From contig NW_021831989.1 in assembly GCF_006345805.1 (NCBI RefSeq), forward strand, positions 558,001 to 622,000: a stretch of 64,000 nt of DNA. The letters run 5' to 3'. Source of the DNA: Octopus sinensis. Its lineage: Eukaryota. Positions 1 to 12,254 of this stretch are shown one piece after another (the stretch's first letter is position 1; the number at the start of each line of letters is the position of its first letter). Under the pieces are notes generated by a model. The model worked only from the letters and a program-made list of their open reading frames with translations. It had not been told where the DNA came from and ran no database searches. Position numbers and translations under genes: made by a program.

Positions 1-900
1 GGAATACTAAAGCTTCACAAGAAGTGCTGTGAATTTTATTTTACTGTGAAACGCCCTATTATCAAACAAATTATAAAAGACTGCAAAATTTGTAAAGTAT
101 TTTTGATTAAATATACTTAGGTATCCGATTCTAATTACTATGTACGGCAAGAAGTCCAAATGAAAGATTTCAGGCGGATCTTATTGATGTTAGAAGATAT
201 AAAGATTTTAACGATGGATATAATTGGATATTAACAATTATTGACATCTACAGCAAATTCGTAGTCTGCAAATCCTCAAAAAATAAATCTGTTTTTGGTA
301 AAACTTAACATTTACTTTAAGAAGTAGAAATAAATTAAAAAAAATTTTTCGTCAAATTGGATATTGTCAAATTTTACAAACGAACAACGGATTGGAATTC
401 AAAAATCAACTGATGGATCAACTATGCGGAGAAAATAAACTCAAACATATTTATGGAAGACCAAATTATATCCAGTCACAAGTTTATAAATTTGAAATAA
501 ATTAGGGTGTAATTGAGCGCTTTAACGAAACATTGACACGGGGTATGGCAAAACTGATGGATAAAGAAGGAACTAAAAATTGGAAACAATTTTTGGACAA
601 AGTAACTTTTTCTTATAATACGACACACCACTCGGCGATCAATGAGAAAGGGTATTTTCGAAATTAACACTGTGATTCATGAAATACCAGGTTGTAATCT
701 TATTTATAATTTAGATGAAAATAATGAGACATCGTTTGTCGAAGATAAACTTAATGGTAAATTTACGATGCATTTATTTTTAGAAACGAATAATAAAATT
801 TTTTATTTCACTCCTCCAGGCATGAATTCATCTTATTTTAAAAGAATGAATAAAAAGGGGAGTACACAGGTCAAAATATGATTTCGAAATAGGAATGAGG
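1..900 (+). pseudogene. GIN/Ginger-like rve integrase, degenerate, 5' part outside window, with ultra-short introns
   Basis: Manual translation gives CKICK ... ERFQADLIDVRRY..GYNWILTIIDIYSKF ... QTNNGLEFKN ... QSQ|GVIERFNETL ... YNTTHHSAI. 24-nt GT-AG introns at 97-120 and 482-505. Frameshifts present. Confidence 0.8.
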
Positions 901-1146
901 TATAATTAAATAATAACAGTTTAAGATCGAAGCTTAAAAAATTGTGGGACGAATCCGTCATTGAAGCTACACAGATTTGAATCCACAAGAAAATGAATGT
1001 AAAAAATATAATGTCTAATAACTAGGGCAACCGGAAAGTTGCTCTTAAAAATGTAAAAAATTGACCTTAAAAGTCAACTAAATTGCTTCAAAAAATAAAA
1101 AAAGTTGACATAATATGCATAAAAAGTTGCCCCAAGAAACAGAAAT

Positions 1147-1937
1147 TTATTTATTAAAGCACAACATTAAATAATATTTAACATTTTCAGGTAAGAAATT
1201 TCTATCTTTGGTTAAAATTTTGTGAAGAATAGAAAACGATCTTTCTACTTCACACGATGTTGCCGGGCAATCCAATAATAATGCGTGGTGAAATGAAGTA
1301 ATTGGTAGCTTAGATAACTCCATTATTTTGAAAATGTCTTTTCTTGAAATTCGTAAGCTTATGTAGTCTCGAATTTTGCATTGGGAGCTGTATTGATTGC
1401 AATACAATCAATTAAAAAATATTCTTTTGGATTTTTTAACGTTCCAACAAGACAATTAATATACTTCTCTTTTCCAAAATCACTTTCGTCAATCATTAAA
1501 ACAATTTGTTCACTTGAAACTGTGTTAATAATTTGTGAAACCATCCTTTCACCTAGAAATGTAACAATGTCTCTGCATTTGGTTTCCGAAGGAACAGAAT
1601 GTCCATATTTATTAAAAAAACCAATAATTGATGTATTTCGTAACTTATGAAGTGGAATATTTGCTGATAAAAATGCATTTACAAGATCCACGGCAAAACA
1701 ATCAGCAGTAACCTCATTTTTACTATGAGTATCCAAAGTATTATTCGTATCTGGGATTCTCAGAATATGCTTTTTAGAATGTCTGTGCTTATCAATAAAC
1801 CATTGCTTATTAGCAGTTACGTAAGAATTACATAATTTGCAGAATAATTTTCCATCCAGTGAAGATGAAAACTCCTTAGGATATTTTTTAACAATAGAAG
1901 AAATTCGCTTAGTGTTGGAACTCCTGTTTTTAAGCAT
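1147..1937 (-). pseudogene. hAT transposase remnant (N-terminal zinc finger, start of catalytic domain, C-terminal dimerization motif)
   Basis: ORF track: LFCKLCNSYV...DKHRHSKKH, LVNAFLSANIPLHKL, LMIDES, and PATSCEVERSFS. The middle of the catalytic domain is missing. Confidence 0.8.
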
Positions 1938-2390
1938 TGTAAAAAAGCAGTCAACAAAAAGCGAAGAAACGTTGTTGTTGCATAACCCCGGTCTCACATT
2001 AGGGTATGAGACCGGCGGCTAGCAGAAACGACAGCGCCTTCGCGGGTTGCTCCCAAAGGACCTCGGGGGAGTGGACAGCAAATTTCCTGCGGACAGGGAG
2101 GAGAACAGGGCAGCGGAAAAGGTGGTCAGTTGAGTGATCTTCGGCACAGCAGAGGTTGCATACCGGGGAGATCACGGCGTTCAATGAGTGAGCGTAGGAG
2201 TTTAATGAGTGATGGTGGTCCGAGCGGAAACGAGCAAGGTTGATCTGAGCGGAACGCTCCAGAAGCATTTCGGAGGGGTGAACTTCTGGAGGAAGTTTGT
2301 TGAGGACAGAGTTAGGCTTCAGCCTTAGAATGGACGACGTTGAAATGAAGTCGTGGATTTTTTTCATTGGCTGTGAACATTGGTTTAGGG

Positions 2391-3248
2391 CAGACGTCAC
2401 CAAACTACGGCCCGCGACAACATTTTATCCGGCCCGCGCACTATTTCGAGATATTCAATTAATACCTGAATAATTAACTTAAATAAAAACTTTAATTAAA
2501 AAATTAAACTATTTTGCAAGATTTAATTCGAAAAAAAACTTATCAGCATTAACGTTAAATTTTTCTTTGTTGCTATGTCTAATATGAAAAGAAAGGTTGA
2601 CCGCGAATGCCGTGTATTCAATAAATTATGGGAATTGAAGTATTTTTTTGCGAAAGATGAATTAAAGCAGAAAGCTTATTGTTTAATATGCCACGAACAT
2701 CTCTCTGTTATGAAGGAGTATAACATTCGACGTCATTATGAAACGAATCATGCTCCGATATATTCCAAGTACACTGGAAAGCTACGTGAGGATAAAGTTG
2801 AATCACTGAAACGCACTTTACAAATTCAACAAGGCCTTATAAAAAAAAATTTTGAAAATAATGAAAATGTAACAAGAGCTGGATACGAGATAACGAAAAT
2901 TATTTCACAACACGGGAAACCCTTTAGTGATGGGATGTATATCAAAAATTGCATTATTGAAGCAGTTAATTGTTTGTGCCCACTAAATTCTTCCTTATTT
3001 GATGGAATAAGTTTGTCGGCGAGTTCTGTATCACGGAGAACTGAAGAGCTTGGAAAAAATATATTTACAAATTGTGAAAAGACAAGTAATATGTTGTGGT
3101 ATTCTCTTGCATTGGATGAGTCAGTTGACATTTCGGGAACATCGCAACTTCTTATTTTTATTCGTGGAGTTGATGAGAATATTTCCATAACTGAAGAACT
3201 GGCATCTGTTTGTTCTATTCATGGAACAACCACTGGAAAAGATATTTT
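2391..3248 (+). mobile_element. Buster/SPIN (GTF2IRD2-like) hAT, 3'-truncated
   Basis: Left end CAGACGTCACCAAACTACGGCCCGCG. ORF 2575-3258 has CLICHEHLSVMKEYNIRRHYETNH, SLALDESVD, LLIFIRGV, TTGKDI. No right TIR. Confidence 0.85.
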
Positions 3249-3585
3249 AGGCCATTGATTTTGGCAAGTACCCGGGAGTATAGTTTGGCAGGCGTGTTCT
3301 TCAATGCACGGCCGTTGTCATTTAGCGTGTTTAGGGCAGTGCAAGGGTGGTAGAATTTTCGCGAAGCGAATAGGAATTGTGCTCCTCTCATGTTTAGATG
3401 TTCCTCTATCGGGAGGAGGTTGGTTTCACAGTGCAGATGGTCGATGGGTGTTGATTTGAGGCACCCGGATATGATGCGCATGGCTTGTTTTGAATTGATT
3501 GGAGAGCCAAAGAGGAGCTCATAGATAGACAGGGAGCCCACTCGGACTCGCGTAGCTTAGGACAGGGCGAATGTATTGTTTATAC

Positions 3586-5712
3586 CAGGCCTGGCCAACC
3601 CAAATCGCATCGCGGGCCACTTTGTCCAAATGAATCCTTTCCGCGGGCCGCATATACATGACATACTAAGGATAGATATCAAAAAACACAGATAAGATTT
3701 TATTTAGTAAAATAGCATTCAGTCCAATTATACGTATCAATGAGAAATCTGTTTTTCTTTATCTTCACTAATTTTTTCAAATCAACTTCACAATTACTAG
3801 TTGCACATCTTAATTGGTTTTCTAAGTTTTTATCTGTTAAAGAAGATCTATATCTACTTTTACTAAACTTTAATTTCGAAAAGAAGATTCACATACGAAG
3901 TAGATCCAAAGGGCTTACAACTCTTTGTGCAAAAATTCTTAAGTTGGGATATTTTTCTGCAGTCACATATTTGTTATAAAAGTCAATTTTGGATATAGTA
4001 GGATAAACAAGTCTTAGTTCACTGTTGCACTGTAGGTCAATTATTTCCGTCTGCAAAGTATTTGAAACAATAGAAACGTCAACATGAAATGGAGAAGAAA
4101 ATGTTTCAAACATTTTCTCATATTTTTTTAGTTCCGAGAATCGACTGTCAAATGCTGCAGCAAGATTTTTTATTTCATCAGCGTACTTGAAGAAATTTTT
4201 ACAATGGCTAATTTTAAATTGATTTAGCGTTGGAAAATGTTGATCATTTCCATTTCTTATTTGACATTCAAACAATGACAATTTCATTCGAAATGCTTTG
4301 ACTTGATGGCATGCATTAGTAATCAAATTATCCTGTCCTTGTAACTCCTTGTTTAATTGATTAATTTTTTCGGTTATATTACCAAAAGCACAGATCTAGC
4401 ATCCATTCTTCATCATTTAATTCAGTTAATGTCATTTTCTTATGCATCATAAAACTTTTGATTTCTTCTCTCAAGTCAAAAAAACGTTTTAAACATTTTC
4501 CGCGACTCAGCCATCTGACATTGGAAAAATACACAAGATCACCATAGTGAGAATATAACTCGTTCAATAATTTTTAAACTGGCGATGTTGAAGTGCATGA
4601 GAACGAATGAATTTATAGTTCTTACAACCACACTCATAACATGGTTCATAGACAACACTTGCGCGCACAAATTGGTGATGTATCAAGCAGTGTATTACAA
4701 ATAAATCATTTTTTATGCTTCTTGACTCCATCTCATCCATTATTAGCTTACAACTCCTTTATTTCTTCCAATCATAGCCGGCGCCCCATCTGTTGTCAAT
4801 CCAGCAAGGGTCTCTAAATTCGCTCCATTGTCGGATAAACATTTCATAACAGCTTGGAAAATATCTTCGCCCTTTGTAGTATCTTTCAAACTGACAAGGT
4901 TAAGCATTTCTTGTTTCACTTGAAAAGATTCGGTAACTCCACGAATATATACTACAAGTTGAGACGTGTCTGATATATCCGTGCATTCGTCAAAGGCCAA
5001 AGAATAACTTTTGAAATATTTTATTTGATCACGCAAAGTCACCACAATTTCATTTGAAATGTCATTAACCCTGCGACATATGGTTTGACGTGACAAGCTA
5101 ATGTTTTAAAACTTTTTAGTTTTATCTGGCAAAATGTCTTTCACGACAGCATCAAACACTCTTTTACGAATTCTCCATCCGAAAATGATTTCATTCTCTT
5201 TGAAATTATCATTGCAACAGAGTAGCTTGCTTTAACAGTATCAGAAGAAGAGTGTATCGATGAATTTAATAGTCTTTGCTGATTTCTCAATTCAGATTTA
5301 AGCGAATCCAGTTTCCTTGTTTTCAATTCCTTACTAAATTTCGCGTATTCGGAATGCTTTGTTTCATAATGTCTTCTTACATTGTACTCTTTCACCACCG
5401 ATACTTTCTCCTTGCAAATTAAACATGTTGGCTTGGAATTATGCATTATAAAAAAGTAATCTTCTTCCCAATGATTGCTGAATTGCCTGTTTTCTTCAAA
5501 AATTTTCCTTTCTTCATATTGATAACAGCTACAAAAATAGATAAACTTTAAAATTTATTAAACTTATAAAATTATCTTTATTTATTAAACTTAAGAAAAA
5601 TTTATCTTGAATGTATTTATAGGTTAACTACATACAAAATTTCTCTCGCGGGCCGCACCAAACTCCATCGCGGGCCGCATGCGGCCCGCGGGCCTTGGGT
5701 TGGCCAGCCCTG
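3586..5712 (-). mobile_element. Buster/SPIN hAT, near full length, frameshifted transposase
   Basis: TIRs CAGG(C/G)CTGGCCAACCC at both ends. TSD GTTTATAC left (3578-3585) versus GTTATAC right (one-base deletion). ORF pieces CLICKEKVSVVKEYNVRRHYETKH, LAFDECTD, TDGAPAM, VRWLSRG. Confidence 0.9.
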
Positions 5713-7651
5713 GTTATACACACGTTTGAGAAGTGGTTTCTGCGCACCGTGATGTGACCACTTATTGCTTCAGGATATTTGTACGCCTGTTAGCCTTGTC
5801 AGAGATCTTCGAGACATGTTGTTGAAGGACATCGGGTCGAAGGTTAGTCCGAGAACAGGGGGTGTTTTGATAGTGGGAGAACGAGCCAAAGAGAGATAGG
5901 TTGGGATGTATGTTTGATTGTCTTCTGTCGGAAGATAATAGGGTGACCGAGGACTTGGAGGGCGAGGCCTCGAGCCTGTTTTCTCTGAGCCAATTCTCAA
6001 CGGAGTGAGTTGTTGCTGAAGGTTGAAGGAGGCAGCTTGTAGTCTTCGTGTTTTGAGGCAATAATAATGTCGTCAGCGTAAGATAGTGTCAAGTTGTTAG
6101 GGTCGTTTGCCGGGAAGTCATGCAAGTAAAGATTGAACAGGGATGGAGACAGCACGGAGCCCTGCGGTACCCCCGTTGGAAGATAGCGTTGTTGGAACAA
6201 TGGTCCATGAGGGAGACGTAGCCCATGCGGCCCGATAAGAAGTTAGCAAGCCAGGATTTGTAGTTTGAGTTAGGCCGGTCGTGAGAATTTTCTTGGTGAG
6301 ACCGCAACGGGGGACGCTGTCAAAAGCTTTAGATATGTCGATGGAAGCTAGAACTGTTCGTTTAGGGGGCTCTTTCTCATTGAAGCCGTCCAGGACGAAC
6401 TGGGAAAGCGTTGTTAAGTGAGTGGTTGTTGAGTGCAGTGGTTTGAAGCCATGTGGGGTGGGATGTTGGTAAGTGCTTCGAGACTCGTGAAAGGATTAGT
6501 CTTTCGAGGATTTTAGATAGCGTGCACAAAAGAGAGATTGGGCGGTAGGAGCTTGGAATGCCAGCCGGTTTGTTCGGTTTGATTAACGGGATGATACGTG
6601 ATTTTTTCCAAAGAGATGGAATTTCGTTTTTTACAACGGAATTGTTGAAAATAGACACTATAGCGTTGATGGCGTTAGGGCCAAGTCTTTTAAGGTGGTG
6701 GATAGAAATGTTGTCAGGCCCCGTGGCGGGGGAATTCTTCGAGTTTTTTATACACTGCGAAACTTCGTCTGCAGTGAAAGGCGGTAAGGATTCCGTGCGA
6801 GGTAAGCTCCTCCGAGATTTGGTGACCTTCCGATCGTTTTTGTTTGACGTTTTGTGGCTTAAGGAGGCGTAGTAGTTCATGAGCGAGTTTGCCTCCTGAA
6901 CCGGATTCAGTGGGATGTTTGAGTTAGAAGTGGCAGATTCATGGGACTTGGGCTTTTCATAAATCAAATCATTCATGTCCTTCAGGGTCTTCCAAATTTT
7001 GGAGCTGTTAGATCTGTAGTCGATTGAGGTGATAAATTCGGTCCACTTAGAATCTGCGTGCAGGTTAATGGCAGCGGTGATTTGTTTGTTTAGGTTAGCC
7101 AATTCAATGGAGGACTCGGCAGAGTGCCTTGATATCTGTTTCAGCTTGTTGCGAGTCTTTATGAGGGATTTCACTTCGTGGCTGTAATTAGGGCGGAACT
7201 TTTCAATTTTTCCTTGGGGGATGAATTTTTTGGAGGTGGAAATGATGAGAGCATTAAGGTGATTGACTGCTGCATCAGTCGAGCGAAAGCTGTTGATGTT
7301 GAAATCGTTCAGAGAGTTTTCTAGGGCAAGGCGGTATTCGTCCCAGGAAGCTCTTTTGTAGTTAGTGTAACAGCGGCGTTGTAGGTCAATGTTAGATTTT
7401 AGAGCATTCTCGATTAGATTTTAAAGCATTAGCGAAGAAACGTGCACTATGAAATTATATTAATATTAAAAAAAAATGTTATTATAAATTTTTATTACTC
7501 AATAAAATAAAAGTTGACAATAAGAGTAAAAAAGTTGCTCAATAAAAAAGTTGACGGTAAGAGTAGAAAATTGATTTTGTTGCTTTTATAACTTTTTATA
7601 TATACATTTTTTATCGAAATAATTTGACTAATATCATTTTAACACTATAAT

Positions 7652-7905
7652 TTTTTTTTTTATTTGTTATGAAAGCAAGAAAGAAATTAAAGATAGCTAA
7701 GTTAATTAAAGGCCTCACGAGACACCCGACCAGCCTCGCAAATGGCGAAGCCGTTCCCTCGGATCACAGCAATCGACAGACGTTCCAGGAGCCAAGAAAA
7801 CTCTCTTGGATCGTGACTAGTCCTTGAAATCCGTCGACGGAGCGAGCGAAGGAAGCGGAGTGTCTTGGGACCAAAGATCCCGGAGGACTCCACGGCAATT
7901 GGAGT
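7652..7905 (-). mobile_element. ~250-bp 3' fragment of a CRE-clade RLE retrotransposon with poly(A) tail
   Basis: ORF VESSGIFGP...ERLSIAVIRGN. Poly(T) on + strand from 7651. Direct repeat ACACTATAATT at 7642-7652 and 7906-7916. Confidence 0.85.
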
Positions 7906-8884
7906 ACACTATAATTAAACCAAAAACTCAAGTTGACTTTGTTGACTTTCGGTTGCCCTACTAATAACAGATTAATAGTTAGTTGTCTTTCCTAACATTT
8001 AGAATCTAAATAAAATTTTAGATCGAATTACGAAATGATACCAAGATAGTTACTATGAATAGAGTTAAAAATGTTAAGTTTTTAGAATTTTTAGCAATTA
8101 TCTTGAGTCAGTAATTAGTGTCAAACTATGTAGGTCACCCTGTCAACCCTGTCAACAACGAAGGTTGCTTATTTCCTAATAACACCAACAATGAAGGTTG
8201 TCAATCAGCGTGGTATGGTCGCCAGCGTAGTTTGCGACATATTATTTTATTTACGATTATTTTCGAAAATAAATCCAAATTAATTAATCAATTTGACCAA
8301 TAATTAAAGCAAAGCTAATTTTTAGAAACTTTCTAAAGTGTCATGTTCATTTATTCATAATGACAGAAATCAAAACACTGATTTTTATTGCTGATCATCA
8401 ATTCTGTCACCAACTGAGCTCATATTCTTTCGTCTTTTTATGAAAAATATTTTTCATAAACTAATAACAACTGCTTTAAATAAAATACTTTTTTTTCATC
8501 TTTTATTTTTACAAAATAACAATAACTCAGTTAAACACCACAAATTCTTTTAAAGTACTGTCTTTCTGTGTTAGATAATAAATTTGAAATTGACTTTTAA
8601 ATTTTCGTATTTTTTTCTCCATTGCTCGTCTTATTTAATAAATAAATTCATTGGTCTCTTAGTTTGTTTTATTAAGATGTATTTCAGCTTTCCTGATGGT
8701 TTGGTTTGCGTGGAATGCCCACAAAAAAGGAACCACTAGAAATGTCTTAATTTGAATTAAACATTCTGATTTTTCACAGTTTGTGTTGAATAAAAGGATG
8801 CCTAAATGATTAAATTCACAATAATATGTTTGCAGCAGGGACAATTGCTCTTTTGTTTGAATTTGATTTTTAAAAAAAGTTCAT

Positions 8885-11800
8885 ATGTTTTTTTTTTTTT
8901 CGAATGGTTGTTGTTGCTGTTTCTATTTTTATTATTTTTGTTATCATTTCATTATTCTATCATCTATTAATCTATCCTGTCGTTATCATTCTATTAATCG
9001 TTCCTTTTCCTTTTTCTTTCGCTTTATTGCATCATTCTTTACATGGCAACTGTTCCTTGTAAATCATCCAATTCCCGCAAGAAGGGCCGCTTGTGCTCCT
9101 CTTGCGATCTGTACTTCCATCTATCCTGCGTCGGGCTCTCCAGGGCCAGCTCGGCCGTTATCCAATGCTGGAAGTGCCCGAGTTGCCTTGGTCTACCAAA
9201 CGCATATCCCCAATTCCCGGGAGCCATTTTACCCCTTCTCAATTCCTCAAATCCTTATCTGCTTTCCGAAGCGAATCATTCATCCCAGTAAGGATTCCAA
9301 AATCGGCCAGACCCACTGTGGCCAAGTCCCTCGCAGCCCTGATCGACCAGGCGCTGGCTTCCAGCGCTCCTGACCCTTGGTTCAAGCTGTTCTCTTTCTT
9401 CCCGTTTGCCTCAATTCTTCTCCCATGCGCTCATGCGCTGCTAATCACGTTTCTTCTGCCCAGCGGATCAAGGACCGTTGTACATCTTACGTCCACTCAG
9501 AGTTCAACTCTGATTGGCTGTCTGTCTCTCTTACGCCCCCTTGTAAGGAGGCACCCTCAAACGGCCCGGTCTCGCAGAATTGCGCTTTTCCCGGCAGCTC
9601 CGAAGCAAACTCCTCCAGGGCGATATCTCTGGAGCAGTGCGCGCAATTTCATCCAACTCCTCTGTGGCTCCTCGGTGTGATGCTGTCCTGAATCAACTCC
9701 GCAGCAAACACCCCCAAGCTCCCACCGACCTCCGTGCAACACCGACGTAGTTTCGGCTCCGTCCAACCCGATAACCTCGTCTGAGGTTCGGCCGCTCTCG
9801 GGTCTTTTGCGCCCAGTAGCAGCGGCGGGATAGACGGTGTAAAGCCCATCCACCTACGCGATCTCCTGAGCCCATTGACCCACGAATCCGGAAAAGACCT
9901 GCTATCTTCTGTCACTCGTCTTTGTTCGCACATTGTCTCGGGCGAGATTCCAACCGTCGCCAGAGATCTTCTTTTCTCTGCTGGCCTCATTGCCCTGTCG
10001 AAAGCCGATGGTGGCGTGAGGCCCATTGCGGTCGGTAACGTTTTCAGGAGACTCTCGGCCAAGATAATGTCCCGCAGGGTGGTTCCCCCCTGAGCCTGGA
10101 GTTTCTCCCTTTCCAGTACGGTGTCGGCGTCCAAGGTGCCTGCGAAATTCTCGCGCACGGCACTCGCCAACTTGTCCAGTCAAAGCCAGAGACTGCAAGT
10201 TCATCGTGAAGCTGGACGTCAGCAACGCATTCAACTGCGTCCGTCGGGACCATCTGCTCGAAGTGGTCTCGGCACGTTGCCCCGTTCTCTTCCCAATTGT
10301 AAAGCTGGCATACTCTGCCCCAAGCTGCCTTCTGATCCATGATCAGATCATCATGTCAGAATGCGGCATTCAGCAGGGTGACCCACTGGGCCCATTGCTG
10401 TTTGCCCCTCTGTTGACCACATTGCACGGAACCTTTCTTCCACTGTTAACTTCTGGTACCTGGACGACGTGACGATTGGTGGACCTACAGAGGTCGTTAT
10501 GGAAGACGTTAAGAGAATCACTTCCGGTTTCTCCAAGATCGGACTATCTCTTAACGGCGAAAAATGCGAACTCGTAAACATTCTCTTGCCCCCGCCGCTC
10601 TCCGCAACACATTCTCCTCTCTCAGCAGCCTGATCGTTGGTTAAGGCTAACGCCCACCAGCGATCTATTATCTTGGGCTCTCCAATTTCCGCTGTTGGCA
10701 TAGAAAATGCCTTATCGTGTAAATGGGACGAAATAAACTACTCACTGATCGGATCCGTGGGCTTGGCTCGCATCTTGCGTTTTTCTTGTTGAAGAACTTT
10801 CTTTTCGTCCCCAGACTGACCTATATTCTCCGTTCCTCCCCGTGTTTCGCTGCCACAGACTCATTATCCAGAATCGATAATCTTGTCCACCAATCGCTAA
10901 CATTCCACCTCAATTTGAGGTTCACTGGTGACGGTTTTACCCGTGCCAGTTTACCAACTCGCTTCGGGGGGATCGGGATCCGCCCTTGTGCGGACCTGGC
11001 CCTACCCTGCTATCTCTCATCCATGTCGGCTTCCAGGAATCCGTTTGCTCAGTTCTACTTCCCTCTCTCGAACTTAATGAGCTCTCGGAATTCTCATCTG
11101 CATGCCGTACGTGGTGCTCACTCGACCTTGATTTTCCCACGATCCCTTCAGTTCAAAGGGGCTGGGACGAAATTCTCTGCTTGAACACATTACGAAAACT
11201 TCGCTCCAAGTCGGACCAACTCCAGCTGGCCACCCTTAACTGCGCCTGTCAGCCGCACACGGGTGACTGCTCAAAGCTCTCCCCACTCCTAGTACGGGGT
11301 TACTACTGGACGACGAATCCTTGCGGATTGGGATCAGCTTACGATTGGGTTTGGACATCTGCCAGCCCCACCCTTGCCGGTGCGGGTCCTCAATTTCGTC
11401 AAACGGCTTGCACGCCTGTCGTGTAAGAAGAGTGCCGGGGGAGAATTCCCCGTCACACTCATCTGAATGACGTTGTGGAGGGCTCTAGAGTCGGCTGGTT
11501 TCCCTTCCACCCTAGAGCCAGTCGGCCTTTCCCGGAGCGACGGCAAGCGTCCCGACGGGATGACGACCTTTCCTTTTAGGGAAGGCAAGTCCCTGGTTTG
11601 GGATGCCACGTGTGTCGACTCTTTTTCGGCGACAATGCTTCCCAGGACTGTCGCAAACCCGGGTTCCGCCAGTGCGCTGGCTGAAGAGACAAAGATGACG
11701 AAATACCGGTGTATTTCGGACGCTTTTGAGTTTGCCCCCCTCGCCTTCGAAACCTCTGGAATCGTCGGAAAGGCTGCGACTCAACTCCTCACCGCCATTG

Positions 11801-11990
11801 GTAGAAAAATCTCCACACAAAAACAAACGACCGGAGGGAGACGAGCTGGCTGTTCCAGCGAATCTCGGTTGCTGTGCTCCGCGGAAACTGCCACTCAATA
11901 CGCAGCGCGGCATCGTTGAGCTGACCCTCAGGCCCTCGACAATTCCCTTAGCCACCCAATTGCTTACTTTTTTCTTTTACCTCAAAGAAT
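8885..11990 (+). mobile_element. CRE-clade non-LTR retrotransposon (PHD finger + RT + RLE), near full length, frameshifted; ends approximate
   Basis: Fragments CSSCDLYFHLSC..WKCPSC, IPVRIPKSAR, KADGGVRPIAVG, KLDVSNAFN, IQQGDPLGP, WYLDD, GKRPDG..WDATC, FETSG. Confidence 0.88.
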
Positions 11991-12254
11991 CTAATTTAAA
12001 AGTTCAAAACTTTAAAGTATTGTCATCATTCTAATCAACAAAAAATATTTTAAATGAAAAAAGAATATTTTTATTTAACATTTAAAAAAGGACATCTTTT
12101 TCCTTATATGTCCCAGGTACGCACCCATTTTTGAATTTTTATATTTTTTTTAATCGGTCTCACAACACCAAGTAATGGCACTATTCAACGTTTTTTAGCC
12201 GGTAGCACAATACCACTGGTAGCACTGTGCCAACCGGCCATTATAGGCTTCCAG

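Larger units (their letters stand above)
1971..7430 (-). mobile_element. 5'-truncated LINE (APE-type, Jockey/I-group-like RT) with (CAA)n tail, interrupted by two hAT elements
   Basis: RT motifs YRPISLL, DISKAFD, VPQGSVLSP, YADD, and YKQYIRPVLSYAS across the 3586-5712 insertion. Tail GTTGTTGTTG at 1971-1980. TSD AGCGAAGAAAC at 1960-1970 and 7431-7441. 9-bp stem-loop at 1988-2015 next to the tail. Confidence 0.9.
1023..7960 (-). mobile_element. hAT DNA transposon (CGGBP1-like transposase), internally deleted, carrying nested insertions
   Basis: TIRs TAGGGCAACCG(G)AAAG at 1023 and inverted ending at 7960. Perfect 8-bp TSD CTAATAAC at 1015-1022 and 7961-7968. Subterminal AAGTTGAC/GTCAAC repeats at both ends. 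Confidence 0.92.

Noticed and set aside
1988-2015. TTAGGG in the loop of the LINE 3' stem-loop
   Set aside because: A single hexamer is expected by chance. The hairpin fits an ordinary LINE 3' recognition structure.
8100-8420. Clustered TGTCAA/TGACA motifs (also near 25040-25180 and 50670-50710) as a candidate promoter element
   Set aside because: The motif is short and AT-compatible, and enrichment cannot be tested by eye.
9039-11955. Many overlapping ORFs on both strands within the CRE element (also at 22276-22839 and 28769-31243)
   Set aside because: They are antisense or alternate-frame by-products of GC-richer retrotransposon coding sequence and have no independent motifs.
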